Assembly (NCBI GenBank): GCA_050251875.1 | Contig: JBFWMA010000003.1 | Span: 160,001-224,000 of the forward strand | Reading direction: 5' to 3' | Length of the DNA: 64,000 bases | Source of the DNA: Deferribacterales bacterium | GTDB taxonomy: Bacteria; Chrysiogenota; Deferribacteres; Deferribacterales; Geovibrionaceae | Shown: positions 11,165 to 21,249 of the stretch, piece after piece | Layout: every line of letters begins with the position of its first letter | How positions within the stretch are numbered: the stretch's first letter is position 1 | Notes under the pieces: generated by a model | Told to the model about the DNA's origin: nothing | The model's input: the letters and a program-made list of their open reading frames with translations, nothing else | The model's database searches: none | Translations under genes and position numbers: made by a program

Positions 11165-11485
11165 ATGTATACTGTAGTTCTTGCTATCCATCTTTTCGTA
11201 TGTTTTTTACTGATCATTGCCGTTCTGATGCAGTCAGGCAAGGGATCATCACTGGGCTCTGCCTTCGGCGGCGGCGCTGGCGATGTTTTCGGTCCCGGAG
11301 CTCCTGTCAACATCATGAACAGAGTCACAACGGTCATCGCTATACTTTTCATGGTAACATCGCTGACACTGGCTATCCTCTCCACACAGAAGACAACCAA
11401 CAGCGTTATCGACACTTTTCAGACACCCGCTGAACAGTCAGCGCCCGCTGAGAAAGCTCCCGTTGCTCCCATGGAGTCCAAGTGA
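11165..11485 (+). CDS. secG: Preprotein translocase subunit SecG
   Basis: Two TMs, LMQSGKG..LG.AFGGG loop, position after tpiA. Confidence 0.95.
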   Translation: MYTVVLAIHLFVCFLLIIAVLMQSGKGSSLGSAFGGGAGDVFGPGAPVNIMNRVTTVIAILFMVTSLTLAILSTQKTTNSVIDTFQTPAEQSAPAEKAPVAPMESK

Positions 11486-13122
11486 TAAGAAAACTCTTGG
11501 TTTGCCTGCTGGTTCTCACCCTGTTCGCCTGCGGACAGAAAGATTCAGAGAAGAGCGGCAAAGAGGAATCATTTAAAAAGAGAGACATAAAAGGCGCCGT
11601 CACAGGCGATGCCTTTGTGGAATCCAGTCTGGGTGACGCCACCGGGCTGATAACGAACATCACATCAGATTCCGCCTCGCACAGCGTAGCGGCGAAGATA
11701 TATAACGGTCTGGTGGAATATGACAAAGACCTTAATATTGTCGGCGATCTGGCGAAAAGCTGGGATATCACTGACGGCGGAAAAGTCATCGTCTTCCATC
11801 TGAGAAAAGACGTTAGATGGCATGACGGAAAGCCCTTCACTGCCAAAGATGTTGAGTTCACCTATAAGTTTATGATAGACCCTAAAACTCCCACATCATA
11901 CGATGCTGATTTTCGTCTGGTTAAGAGTTTTGAGGTGCTGGACGACTACACTGTAAAAGTGACATACGCAGAGCCGTATGCCCCCGCTCTGATCAGCTGG
12001 GGAATGTCCGTTCTTCCCAGACATCTGCTGGAAGGACAGGACGTGGCGAAATCACCTCTGCTCAGAAAACCTGTCGGTACAGGACCTTATAAGTTTCTGG
12101 AGTGGAAAGCCGGAGAATCGATAACCCTTGTGGCTAACAACGACTATTTCAAAGGCAGACCCTATCTGGACAGATACATATTCCGTATCATTCCCGACAC
12201 AGCCACCACCTTTCTGGAGCTTCTGAACGGCGCCATAGACACCACGGGGCTCACTCCCCTGCAATGGACGAAGCAGACAGACAGCAACCCCAGATTCACC
12301 AGCCAGTATGACAAATATCAGTATCTGTCATTCGGCTACACATATATCGGATATAATCTGGCGAAACCCATGTTCGCCGACAAACGTGTGCGTCAGGCGC
12401 TCACCTATGCCACTCCGAAAGAGGATATCATAAAAGGTATCATGTTCGGGCTGGCGGATGTCGCTTCCGGTCCTTTCAAACCGGGCACCATCTGGTATAA
12501 CCCTAACGTAAAACAATACGAATATAACATCGATAAAGCGAAAGCTCTGCTGGAAGAAGCCGGATATAAGCCGGGCAAAGACGGTATAATGGCGAAAGAC
12601 GGCAAAAAGCTGGAATTCGAGCTGATGACAAATCAGGGCAACACCGTCCGCCAGAGCATATGCGAAGTTATGCAGAAGAGCTGGGAAAAGATCGGCGTGA
12701 AGGTTACCATCCGTGTTCTGGAATGGGCTACCTTCATCAACGAATATATCAACAAACAGAAGTTTGACGCTGTTGTAATGGGCTGGAACATCACCAACGA
12801 TCCCGATCTGTATGATGTGTGGCATTCATCCAACTGCGGCGGACAGAAGCTGAACTTCATCTGCTATAAAAACGCTGAGCTGGACAAGTTGATTATCGAA
12901 GGCAGAAAAGAGTTCGACCCGGAAAAAAGAAAAGTTTTTTATCATAAAGCACAGGAAATTATGGCGGAGGATCAGCCCTATACTTTTCTGTACGTTCCAC
13001 AGGCTCTTGTATCCATCAGCAAGAGATTTCAGGAGGTTGCTCCGGCTCCGGCGGGAATATCTTACAATCAGGATGACTGGTGGGTTAAGAAAGAGGATCA
13101 GAAGTATAACTATCAGCAGTAA
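11482..13122 (+). CDS. Peptide/nickel ABC transporter substrate-binding lipoprotein (family 5)
   Basis: Lipobox LFAC; WHDGKPFTAKDV, PVGTGPYKF. Confidence 0.92.
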   Translation: MIRKLLVCLLVLTLFACGQKDSEKSGKEESFKKRDIKGAVTGDAFVESSLGDATGLITNITSDSASHSVAAKIYNGLVEYDKDLNIVGDLAKSWDITDGGKVIVFHLRKDVRWHDGKPFTAKDVEFTYKFMIDPKTPTSYDADFRLVKSFEVLDDYTVKVTYAEPYAPALISWGMSVLPRHLLEGQDVAKSPLLRKPVGTGPYKFLEWKAGESITLVANNDYFKGRPYLDRYIFRIIPDTATTFLELLNGAIDTTGLTPLQWTKQTDSNPRFTSQYDKYQYLSFGYTYIGYNLAKPMFADKRVRQALTYATPKEDIIKGIMFGLADVASGPFKPGTIWYNPNVKQYEYNIDKAKALLEEAGYKPGKDGIMAKDGKKLEFELMTNQGNTVRQSICEVMQKSWEKIGVKVTIRVLEWATFINEYINKQKFDAVVMGWNITNDPDLYDVWHSSNCGGQKLNFICYKNAELDKLIIEGRKEFDPEKRKVFYHKAQEIMAEDQPYTFLYVPQALVSISKRFQEVAPAPAGISYNQDDWWVKKEDQKYNYQQ

Positions 13123-13134
13123 AAAGGACAGGTT

Positions 13135-14115
13135 ATGATGCGGTATCTTGCCGGAAGGCTGGCGGGGATGATCCCTCTGCTTTTCGGTATCACACTTATC
13201 TGTTTTTTTGTGATACATCTGGCGCCCGGCGATCCGGCGCAGTTTCTGGCGTCTATGAATCCGAAATTTTCTGAGACAGCCCATGATAAATTCGTGAAGA
13301 TGTACGGGCTGGACAAACCGATATACGAACAGTACTGGATATGGCTCAAAAGAGTCGCGGTGCTGGATTTCGGCGATTCTTTCACTCCCGATGGAAAATC
13401 AGTGCTGACGAAGATAGCGGAGAGACTCCCCGTCACCATCTGGCTGAACGTTGCCGGAATGGCGCTCATCTTTCTGATAGCACTGCCTCTGGGTGTCTTA
13501 TCGGCATATAAAAAGAACAGTATTTTTGATAAATCAGTCACGGTTTTCGTGTTCATAGGGTTCGCTGTGCCTACTTTCTGGCTGGCGCTTCTGTGCATGT
13601 ATTATTTCGGCGTTATCAAAGGCTGGCTGCCCATATCCGGGCTTACGTCATATAATTTCGACAGCATGTCCTTCGGCGGCAAGGTGTGGGATATAGTCTG
13701 GCACGGTTTTCTGCCTGTTTTTCTGTCGGTTTTCGGCGGTCTGGCGGGACTTAGCCGATATGCCAGAAACTCCATGCTGGAAGTGCTGGGCGAGGAATAT
13801 ATCATCAGCGCCAGAGCCAGAGGAATACCGGAGAGAAAGGTTGTGTTCAGACACGCTCTGAAGAACGCCCTGCTCCCCGTTGTCACCATTATAGGTCTTT
13901 CTGTGCCGGGGCTCATAGGCGGCAGCGTTATTTTTGAATCGATATTCGGAATAGCCGGCATGGGACAGCTCTTCTATCAGTCTGTCATGTCCAGAGACTA
14001 TCCCGTTGTCATGGGAATACTTGTGATAGGCGCTGTGCTCACGCTGATAGGCAACCTGATATCAGACATCAGCTATGCGCTGGTGGACCCGAGGATAAGA
14101 TATGGCAGGAAGTAG
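13135..14115 (+). CDS. Peptide ABC transporter permease (OppB/DppB type)
   Basis: APGDP, ARARG...[15 protein letters not shown]. Confidence 0.92.
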   Translation: MMRYLAGRLAGMIPLLFGITLICFFVIHLAPGDPAQFLASMNPKFSETAHDKFVKMYGLDKPIYEQYWIWLKRVAVLDFGDSFTPDGKSVLTKIAERLPVTIWLNVAGMALIFLIALPLGVLSAYKKNSIFDKSVTVFVFIGFAVPTFWLALLCMYYFGVIKGWLPISGLTSYNFDSMSFGGKVWDIVWHGFLPVFLSVFGGLAGLSRYARNSMLEVLGEEYIISARARGIPERKVVFRHALKNALLPVVTIIGLSVPGLIGGSVIFESIFGIAGMGQLFYQSVMSRDYPVVMGILVIGAVLTLIGNLISDISYALVDPRIRYGRK

Positions 14116-14932
14116 ACTGCTTAGAAAAGCCAAAGGGAGCTATCTGCTCTACAGCGGGCTGTTTATTGTTGTGTTTTTTATCGTGCTGGCGGTTTTCGCT
14201 CCGCTGATAGCGACCCACGACCCGACAGCAATCAACTTTGACGAAGTTTTTCTCCCACCCTCTTCCGCCCATTTTTTCGGTACGGATGAGCTGGGCAGGG
14301 ATGTTTTCAGCAGATGCGTATACGGCAGCCGCATATCGCTTTTTGTCGGTTTTGTGGCTGTGGTAATATCGCTGGCTATAGGCGTCCTGCTGGGTCTGCT
14401 CGCCGGATATATCGGCGGAATCACGGATATTATCATCATGAGGATCGTGGACATAATGCTCTGCTTTCCTTCATTTTTTCTTATACTGGCGGTCATCGCT
14501 TTTCTGAGCCCGTCTGTCTTCAATGTAATGGCGATCATCGGTCTGACAGGGTGGATGGGGGTCACAAGGCTCATCCGGGCTGAGGTGCTCAGTGTCCGCA
14601 CCAGAGACTACATCACCGCTGCCCGTGTGCAGGGCGTGTCCGGGGTGAAGATAATGCTGAAGCATATACTGCCGAACGTTATGACACCTGTTTTTGTCAC
14701 CGCCACACTGGGAATAGCCGGAGCGATACTCACGGAATCGTCACTCAGCTTTCTGGGGCTGGGTGTTCAGCCGCCCACACCATCATGGGGAAATATTCTG
14801 ACAGCGGGCAAGGACAATATCATGTTCGCATGGTGGCTGTCCATGTTTCCGGGGCTGGCGATATTTGTTACTGTTATGGGGTATAATCTTCTGGGCGAAG
14901 GGCTCAGAGACGTTCTGGATCCTAAAAACTAA
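14102..14932 (+). CDS. Peptide ABC transporter permease (OppC/DppC type)
   Basis: [37 protein letters not shown]. Confidence 0.92.
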   Translation: MAGSRLLRKAKGSYLLYSGLFIVVFFIVLAVFAPLIATHDPTAINFDEVFLPPSSAHFFGTDELGRDVFSRCVYGSRISLFVGFVAVVISLAIGVLLGLLAGYIGGITDIIIMRIVDIMLCFPSFFLILAVIAFLSPSVFNVMAIIGLTGWMGVTRLIRAEVLSVRTRDYITAARVQGVSGVKIMLKHILPNVMTPVFVTATLGIAGAILTESSLSFLGLGVQPPTPSWGNILTAGKDNIMFAWWLSMFPGLAIFVTVMGYNLLGEGLRDVLDPKN

Positions 14933-16122
14933 AGATTGAAAGGCGGTTCTATCGCCATCAGTGATTCCACATCAGCTTTTATCATGGTGCATCTGCCCAC
15001 CGCTTCCTCCAGAGAAAGGTCGAACCCGTCTCTGATATCCGCCAGAGTGTTGGCGAGAAAGAGAGCCTCCACACACGGCTTGGTGTTTTCAGATGCTAGC
15101 TCCGGAGTGTGGTGAAACAGAGCCGATTCTATGGCGTATTGGTTAAAATTCCATATTTTGAGGAAATATCCGCCGATCTCCGTATGCGCCACGGAGGCGT
15201 TGCCGGATTCCAGCTCGCTGGTGTAGTAATCGGTGTTGACGTTCTCTTCTCTGAACTCCTCGATGCTTTTGTGCTCCTGCGGAAAGAAAACCATCTGAAT
15301 TATCTTGCCGATATCGTGGATGATACCCACAGAGTTGTTCAGTGATGAGAGAGTGCAAACTTTATATTTGTGTACGATGGTGTGCAGATAATAGTTTGTT
15401 ACTATGGAGTGCCTTACTGTCTCTTCCAGACAGCGGTTCTGGTCGGATGTCATGTTCAGGTTGACTGAGAGGGAGTGCATCAGGACTATGTCTCTGACGG
15501 TGTTCAGTCCCATGTAGATGATCGCTTTTTCAACGGAAGTTCCGGTGAAGCTGCCATAGAAGGCGGAGTTAGCCACCTGAAGAATTTTTGATGTCAGTGT
15601 GACGTCACTGGATATGATTTTAGCTATCTGCCCGATTGAATAGTCCATATTGATGGCGTTCATCAGGTTTTCATAGGTTGTCATCACTATGGGAAAGCTG
15701 TTGGTGCCCGTTTTGATATTCTGAATACGCTTGTTGTCCATGCTGGTGTGTACACGGGAGAGATCCACCAGCTTAGCCTTCACCATGTCCATGCTGGAGG
15801 AGGAATCCAGATAAGCGCATGCGATACCCTTCACCACCGCCTTGATAATAACGTCCTCGTTCGCCTTGTCTCCCACTATCAGTCTGGTGGAAAATGTGTC
15901 GATGGTCGCCGCCTGCTGAAGGAACTGAACGCCTGTGTATTTTTCCAGATCGTATTCTGATATGACTATGTCAAACTTCTGTTCCAGAAGCGTGTCGATG
16001 GCATGGTTGTAAGATTGACAGATTGTGACGGAGAAAGGAAGCCCGGCAAGTATCTCTTTGACTGAAATACAGGCTCTGTTGTGGTTGCAAAGGACTAAGA
16101 TAGAAATATCAGGCTGGGGCAT
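14929..16122 (-). CDS. HDOD-domain protein with atypical N-terminal receiver-like domain
   Basis: KILQVANSAFYG, IIHDIGK, HTEIGGYFLKIW, FHHTP; N-terminal REC-like fold (FDIVISE). Confidence 0.85.
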   Translation of the reverse strand: MPQPDISILVLCNHNRACISVKEILAGLPFSVTICQSYNHAIDTLLEQKFDIVISEYDLEKYTGVQFLQQAATIDTFSTRLIVGDKANEDVIIKAVVKGIACAYLDSSSSMDMVKAKLVDLSRVHTSMDNKRIQNIKTGTNSFPIVMTTYENLMNAINMDYSIGQIAKIISSDVTLTSKILQVANSAFYGSFTGTSVEKAIIYMGLNTVRDIVLMHSLSVNLNMTSDQNRCLEETVRHSIVTNYYLHTIVHKYKVCTLSSLNNSVGIIHDIGKIIQMVFFPQEHKSIEEFREENVNTDYYTSELESGNASVAHTEIGGYFLKIWNFNQYAIESALFHHTPELASENTKPCVEALFLANTLADIRDGFDLSLEEAVGRCTMIKADVESLMAIEPPFNL

Positions 16123-16174
16123 TTCGTTCCTCGTAACGTTTCATTAATATTTAAATAGCGTAAATATAGAAAGA

Positions 16175-18394
16175 CTAAAAGAGAAAATTGATGAAATTGG
16201 GAAAATTTCCAAAAAAAGTCTGCCCTAAGGATATACATGAGTCGTTAGATGATAATTTTTTGTGAAAATGCAGGTTTATTATGGACATATCAGAGATATA
16301 ATTCAGCTTTCTGACGAGTTTCAGGTTCTGGAAAACACCGCCGGAGAGAACCACATCCGTGATATTGTGCTCTTCGCAAATCCGGCTCGCTCTGTCGAAC
16401 ATCCAGATGGCGAAACTGTTGTGAAAAGCCTCAGCTGTCTCCTCTTTCGGGATGTTTGTGCGGATGTCTCTAAGCACACGGCTCAGCAGTTCACAGGGCG
16501 GAATACATCCGTAGTCACGTCCGGAGCCGGAGCACATGCCCTCCAGCTTCATGGCGGAGTGAGCCTCGAAAAGATTGGTGCCGATGCCGGTCACCAGCGC
16601 ACCGACACTTTCAAAAAATCTGCCGCAGCTCGATGTCTGTATGCAGTTAATGTTTTTATCTATCATGGACATTATCATTGTGATGTCCTTCTCTTTTATA
16701 TCCAGCCGTGAAGTCACTATGTCCATGCTGTCTTCCAGCAGACCGAACTGAAAAAGGTAAGAGATCAGCATCCTTGCGGGGTGCTTCGCCGCTCCGTCCA
16801 TCCCTGGCTGAGCCACGGTGGGCAGATGCGCCTCACGGGTCATGTTTCCGTTTTTCAGCAGTAAAAATTCTCCGCCCCAGATGCTTCTGTCCGGCGCCAG
16901 CCCCGTTCCGTCCATGATAACGCCCAGAACGTTGTCGGTGAGACCGTTCTCCGCCATACAGGCGAACATGTGGGCGGCGTGGTGCTGAAGAGGCACAGCT
17001 TTAATGCCGGAATCCTTAGCGTAGAGTGTGCTGTGATAGTTCGGGTGAGCATCGTGTATGATGATCTCCGGCTCAAGCCCATAGAGCCGTTTCATTTTTT
17101 CGGCGGTTTCCTCATAAAAGAGACAGGTGTCCGGATGATCCAGATCGCCTATGAACTGGCTGACGAAGCTGTATCCGTCCTTTGACAGCGCTATGGTGTT
17201 TTTCAGGTGTGCTCCGGCTCCCATAACACATCTGTCTGAAGAGACGGGAAGGGTGACGGGAAACGGCGCAAGTCCTCTGGCACGGCGCAGAATGTATGGC
17301 GCACCGCCAGCCACGGCGGCAACACTGTCATCGCACCTGTTGTGTATCTCTCTGTTGTGGTGCAGAAAATGATTTGTGAAAACAGACAGGGCAGTTTCAG
17401 CCGATTCGGCGTCTTTGGCTATGGGCTCATCCTTCAGGTTTCCGCTGGTGGCTACAATGAAATCTGTCCGGCAGGCTCCTATCAGCAGAATATGCAGAGG
17501 GGTGTATGCCGTCATGAAACCGATGGAGGATGACATAGGGCTGATGTGTTCTGAAACGTCAGCGTCCGGACATTCGCATATGACGATGGGCGCTTCAGCG
17601 CTCATAATCAGCCTCTTTTCATCGTCAGAAATATTTAAGTTATTTATGGTGTCAGGCAGACACATAACAGCCAGTGGTTTATCAGGTCTCTTTTTTATGT
17701 CACGAAGTTTTAATATAGTTTCGCTGTTTCCTGCATCGCAGATCAGGTGATATCCGCCGAGCCCCTTCACAGCGATGATCTCCCCGCTGTCTATCAGTCC
17801 GGCGGCACGCTCTATGGCGGCGTATCCGGTGAGCCCGTCCATGGAGACATCCGGACCGCAGTCCGGACAGGCGTTCGGCTGGGCGTGAAACCGTCTGTCA
17901 GACGGGTTGTCATACTCAGCCTGGCAGGATGGGCACATCTTAAAGACGTCCATCACGGTCTTTTCTCTGTCATAGGGCATATCACGGATGATGCTGTATC
18001 TGGGACCGCAGTCGGTGCAGTTGGTGAATGGATAGCGGAAGCGCCTGTTGGCAGGATCCAGTATCTCGCCTGCGCACGCCGGGCATATTGCGGTGTCGGG
18101 CGGAACGAATGACAGCCCTCCGCTGTTCTGTGTATGTTCTATGGTGAAGCCGGAAAATTCCATATCAGATATCTGTTCATAGTCGATGGATGTGATGACA
18201 GACAGAGGCGGAGCGAGACGCAGGATATCGGCTCTGAGAGCGGTTATATCGTCTGTGTTCACATGGATTATCACGCCCTCGCCTGTGTTGGTAACAGAGC
18301 CTGTGAGCCCTCCTGACACGGCAAGGTTATAGATGAAGGGGCGGAAACCGACCCCCTGTACGATGCCTCTTACGGTTATCTTATAGGTGCTCAT
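16175..18394 (-). CDS. hypF: Hydrogenase maturation carbamoyltransferase HypF
   Basis: VRGIVQGVGFRPF, two CxxC..CxxC zinc fingers, KGLGGY, QHHAAH, DGTG; start placed at the ATG (MSTYK) that overlaps the trkH stop. Confidence 0.95.
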   Translation of the reverse strand: MSTYKITVRGIVQGVGFRPFIYNLAVSGGLTGSVTNTGEGVIIHVNTDDITALRADILRLAPPLSVITSIDYEQISDMEFSGFTIEHTQNSGGLSFVPPDTAICPACAGEILDPANRRFRYPFTNCTDCGPRYSIIRDMPYDREKTVMDVFKMCPSCQAEYDNPSDRRFHAQPNACPDCGPDVSMDGLTGYAAIERAAGLIDSGEIIAVKGLGGYHLICDAGNSETILKLRDIKKRPDKPLAVMCLPDTINNLNISDDEKRLIMSAEAPIVICECPDADVSEHISPMSSSIGFMTAYTPLHILLIGACRTDFIVATSGNLKDEPIAKDAESAETALSVFTNHFLHHNREIHNRCDDSVAAVAGGAPYILRRARGLAPFPVTLPVSSDRCVMGAGAHLKNTIALSKDGYSFVSQFIGDLDHPDTCLFYEETAEKMKRLYGLEPEIIIHDAHPNYHSTLYAKDSGIKAVPLQHHAAHMFACMAENGLTDNVLGVIMDGTGLAPDRSIWGGEFLLLKNGNMTREAHLPTVAQPGMDGAAKHPARMLISYLFQFGLLEDSMDIVTSRLDIKEKDITMIMSMIDKNINCIQTSSCGRFFESVGALVTGIGTNLFEAHSAMKLEGMCSGSGRDYGCIPPCELLSRVLRDIRTNIPKEETAEAFHNSFAIWMFDRASRICEEHNITDVVLSGGVFQNLKLVRKLNYISDMSIINLHFHKKLSSNDSCISLGQTFFGNFPNFINFLF

Positions 18395-19842
18395 TTTTTC
18401 CAGAATATAGGGGTGAAGAGAACCAGCACGGTGTAAATCTCCAGCCTGCCCAGAAGCATGGCGGCGCTGAGCGTCCACTTTACATACTGCGGGAAGAAGG
18501 CGAAATTTTCCGTGGGACCGATGAGACCGAAGCCGGGACCTATGTTGCCTATTGTTGTGAGCGCCGCTGTGAAGGATGTCAGGATATCAGCGCCGGATGT
18601 GACTGTGATGATAGTCACCAGAAGCACCATAGTGATGTATAGAAAGAAAAATCCGCTGATGGCGTATACGATGTTCTTTTTAACAGGCTGACCGTTGATG
18701 CGCAGGACGAAGACGGCTCTGGGGTGAACCAGATATTTCATTTCGTTCAGACCCTGCTTCAGCAGGGTGATTATACGGATGACCTTGATCCCGCCTCCGG
18801 TGGAACCGGAGCAGCCGCCCACGAACATCAGAAGAAACAGCATGATCTGAGCCAGATAGGGCCACTTCTCATAGTCGTCTGTGGCGAATCCGGTGGTAGT
18901 CATAAAGCTCGCCACCTGAAAAGAGGCGTAGCGGAAACTTGTCATGAATGTTCCGTATACTTCGCCTGTGAGCGACAGGGTGATTATCAGTGTCGCCGCC
19001 AGAAAGATCGTGATGTATGTCTTGAACTCGGAATCTATGAATATATTCTTGAATTTTCCTGTGAGAAAACGGAAATGCAGGGTGAAGTTGATGCCTGAGA
19101 GCACCATGAAAGTAGTGATGACGTAGTCAATATATGCCGAGTCGAACTCTTTTATGCTGGTGTTTTTGGTGGAGAACCCGCCTGTGGCTACAGTGGCGAA
19201 CGAATGGGAAACAGCGTCAAAAAGGCTCATTCCGCCGAATCTGAGCAGGACAATCTCCGTGACGGTAAAAAGCAGATAGATATACCACAGATATTTAGCC
19301 GTTTCCGTGATTCTGGGGGTTATCTTGTCCACGGTCGGTCCGGGCGCCTCTGCGGAGATGAGCTGCATGCCCCCGATGCCCAGCAGGGGCAGGATGGCGA
19401 CAGCCAGAACCACAATACCCATACCGCCGAGCCAGTGCGTCAGCGAGCGCCAGAAGAGGATGGATTTCGGCAGGGCTTCTATGTCTGTGATGATGGACGC
19501 TCCGGTGGTGGAGAGTCCTGATATGGTTTCGAATACCGCGTCCGCGAATGTCGGCACTACACCGGAGATAAAATATGGCAGAGCGCCCGCGAAAACAGCT
19601 CCTACCCAGCTCGCCGTCACCAGAACGAAGCCGTCTTTGGTACCCAGCGTCTGCGGTTTTTCATCTTTCAGCCAGAAGAGCATGACGGAGCATGCGGTGA
19701 TAAGCAGTATGCCGGAGGTGAAAAAAGCGGTGTAGGCTGTGTGTTCCTTAAAATAGAACCCCATGCCTCCGCACAGCAGGTGAAAAAGAGCGATGATCCC
19801 CTGCAGAATGGCTACTGTCTTTATTATCAGCTTTAAGTGCAT
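18391..19842 (-). CDS. trkH: Trk potassium uptake membrane protein
   Basis: SGLSTTG, ATGGFS, GGCSGSTGGGIK, GNIGPG, LGRLE. Confidence 0.95.
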   Translation of the reverse strand: MHLKLIIKTVAILQGIIALFHLLCGGMGFYFKEHTAYTAFFTSGILLITACSVMLFWLKDEKPQTLGTKDGFVLVTASWVGAVFAGALPYFISGVVPTFADAVFETISGLSTTGASIITDIEALPKSILFWRSLTHWLGGMGIVVLAVAILPLLGIGGMQLISAEAPGPTVDKITPRITETAKYLWYIYLLFTVTEIVLLRFGGMSLFDAVSHSFATVATGGFSTKNTSIKEFDSAYIDYVITTFMVLSGINFTLHFRFLTGKFKNIFIDSEFKTYITIFLAATLIITLSLTGEVYGTFMTSFRYASFQVASFMTTTGFATDDYEKWPYLAQIMLFLLMFVGGCSGSTGGGIKVIRIITLLKQGLNEMKYLVHPRAVFVLRINGQPVKKNIVYAISGFFFLYITMVLLVTIITVTSGADILTSFTAALTTIGNIGPGFGLIGPTENFAFFPQYVKWTLSAAMLLGRLEIYTVLVLFTPIFWKK

Positions 19843-19846
19843 AATG

Positions 19847-21190
19847 TTACTCTGAGAAGAACGACTGGAGGTTTTCCGATGTGTCTTCGGCTGAGAAGGT
19901 GATGGCTATATCATCGCCTTGCAGAACAAAATTACCATCGGGGATGATGTTCAGACCCTGTCTGGAAACCGCCAGAACCAGACTGCCTTTAGGAAGCCTG
20001 ATGTCTTTGATCGCCTTGTTTGCCACTTCCGCTTTTGGATGCACCAGAAACTCGGTGACCTCGGCCATGCCGTTGAATATTTTATAAACGCCCTTGATAG
20101 AGCCTTTTCTGATGTATTTCAGGATAGCGTTAACGGAGCTGACCTTCGGGCTGACAGTGGAGTCGATGCCCAGATCGTCCGCTATGGTGACATAGTTCAT
20201 TTTGTTCACCAGAGCTACCGCCCTGCGGATGCCTTTTGATTTTCCGTAGATAGCTGTGAGAATGTTCAGCTCTTCATTATGGGTGGTGGTGACTATGGCA
20301 TCGGCGGTGAACAGCTGTTCGTCATCGAAGATGCTCTCGTCTGAAACGTCTGCGTTCAGCACCAGAGCGCTGGGAAAATCCGCCGACAGTTTTTTGCAAA
20401 GCTCGTAGTCTTTGTCTATCACCTTTATGTTCTTGCCCTGTTTGGACAGCATGTCTATGACGTGGTAACCCACCTTGCCGCCGCCGAGGATGACGATGCT
20501 TTTCAGCTTTTTTGTCTGAATTCCGGCTTTTTTCAGGATCTGCACGAACCCTCTGGTGGTCGCCACGGTGAAGATGTGGTCTTTGTCTATCAGTACAGTG
20601 TTGCCGTCAGGGATGATGACCTCTTCGTCACGCATGATTCCGGCGACTATGAATTCTTCTTTCAGTTCTTTCTTTATCTGTTTCAGCGATTTATTTACGA
20701 AGAAGGAGTCCTCGTCCACGATGATGTCTCTGAGCTGAATATTGATGTCCTCGAACAGGAAAATATCGCTGGCTGCGCCGTGCTGAACAGTGGATGTGAT
20801 TGTTTTAGCGGCTTCTATCTCGGGGTTGACTACATAGTCCACGCCGTTGAGCCTGTTTCCGAACAGACGTGTTCTGGAATAGCTCACGTTGCGCACCCTG
20901 GCTATCTTCACGGGGACATCGAACTCGCTGGCTACTATGAAGCATGTGATCATGTTGACTTCGTCATAATCCGTGGCGCTGATGAATGCATCGGCGTTCG
21001 CTATGCCAGCCTCTTTCAGGATGGCTGGGTCTGTCGCCTCTCCCACCACCACAAGACAGTCCAGATGGGACGAGGCGTATTTCGCCCGTGTGGGGTTCTT
21101 TTCGATGAGAACAACGTCCTTGCCCTCTTCGATCAGGTTGGATGCTATATGAAATCCGACTTCGCCGGCTCCGGCGACTACTATTTTCAT
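19847..21190 (-). CDS. trkA: Trk potassium uptake NAD-binding protein
   Basis: Two RCK units (GAGEVG, GGGKVG). Confidence 0.95.
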   Translation of the reverse strand: MKIVVAGAGEVGFHIASNLIEEGKDVVLIEKNPTRAKYASSHLDCLVVVGEATDPAILKEAGIANADAFISATDYDEVNMITCFIVASEFDVPVKIARVRNVSYSRTRLFGNRLNGVDYVVNPEIEAAKTITSTVQHGAASDIFLFEDINIQLRDIIVDEDSFFVNKSLKQIKKELKEEFIVAGIMRDEEVIIPDGNTVLIDKDHIFTVATTRGFVQILKKAGIQTKKLKSIVILGGGKVGYHVIDMLSKQGKNIKVIDKDYELCKKLSADFPSALVLNADVSDESIFDDEQLFTADAIVTTTHNEELNILTAIYGKSKGIRRAVALVNKMNYVTIADDLGIDSTVSPKVSSVNAILKYIRKGSIKGVYKIFNGMAEVTEFLVHPKAEVANKAIKDIRLPKGSLVLAVSRQGLNIIPDGNFVLQGDDIAITFSAEDTSENLQSFFSE

Positions 21191-21249
21191 GTGGGAAGAA
21201 TACTATATTACTGTTGATAACTCAATATAATTGTTTTAAGCTGAGCGCC

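Noticed and set aside
11486..11560. tRNA-Leu often found after secG
   Set aside because: secG overlaps the next CDS directly; no tRNA-like sequence.
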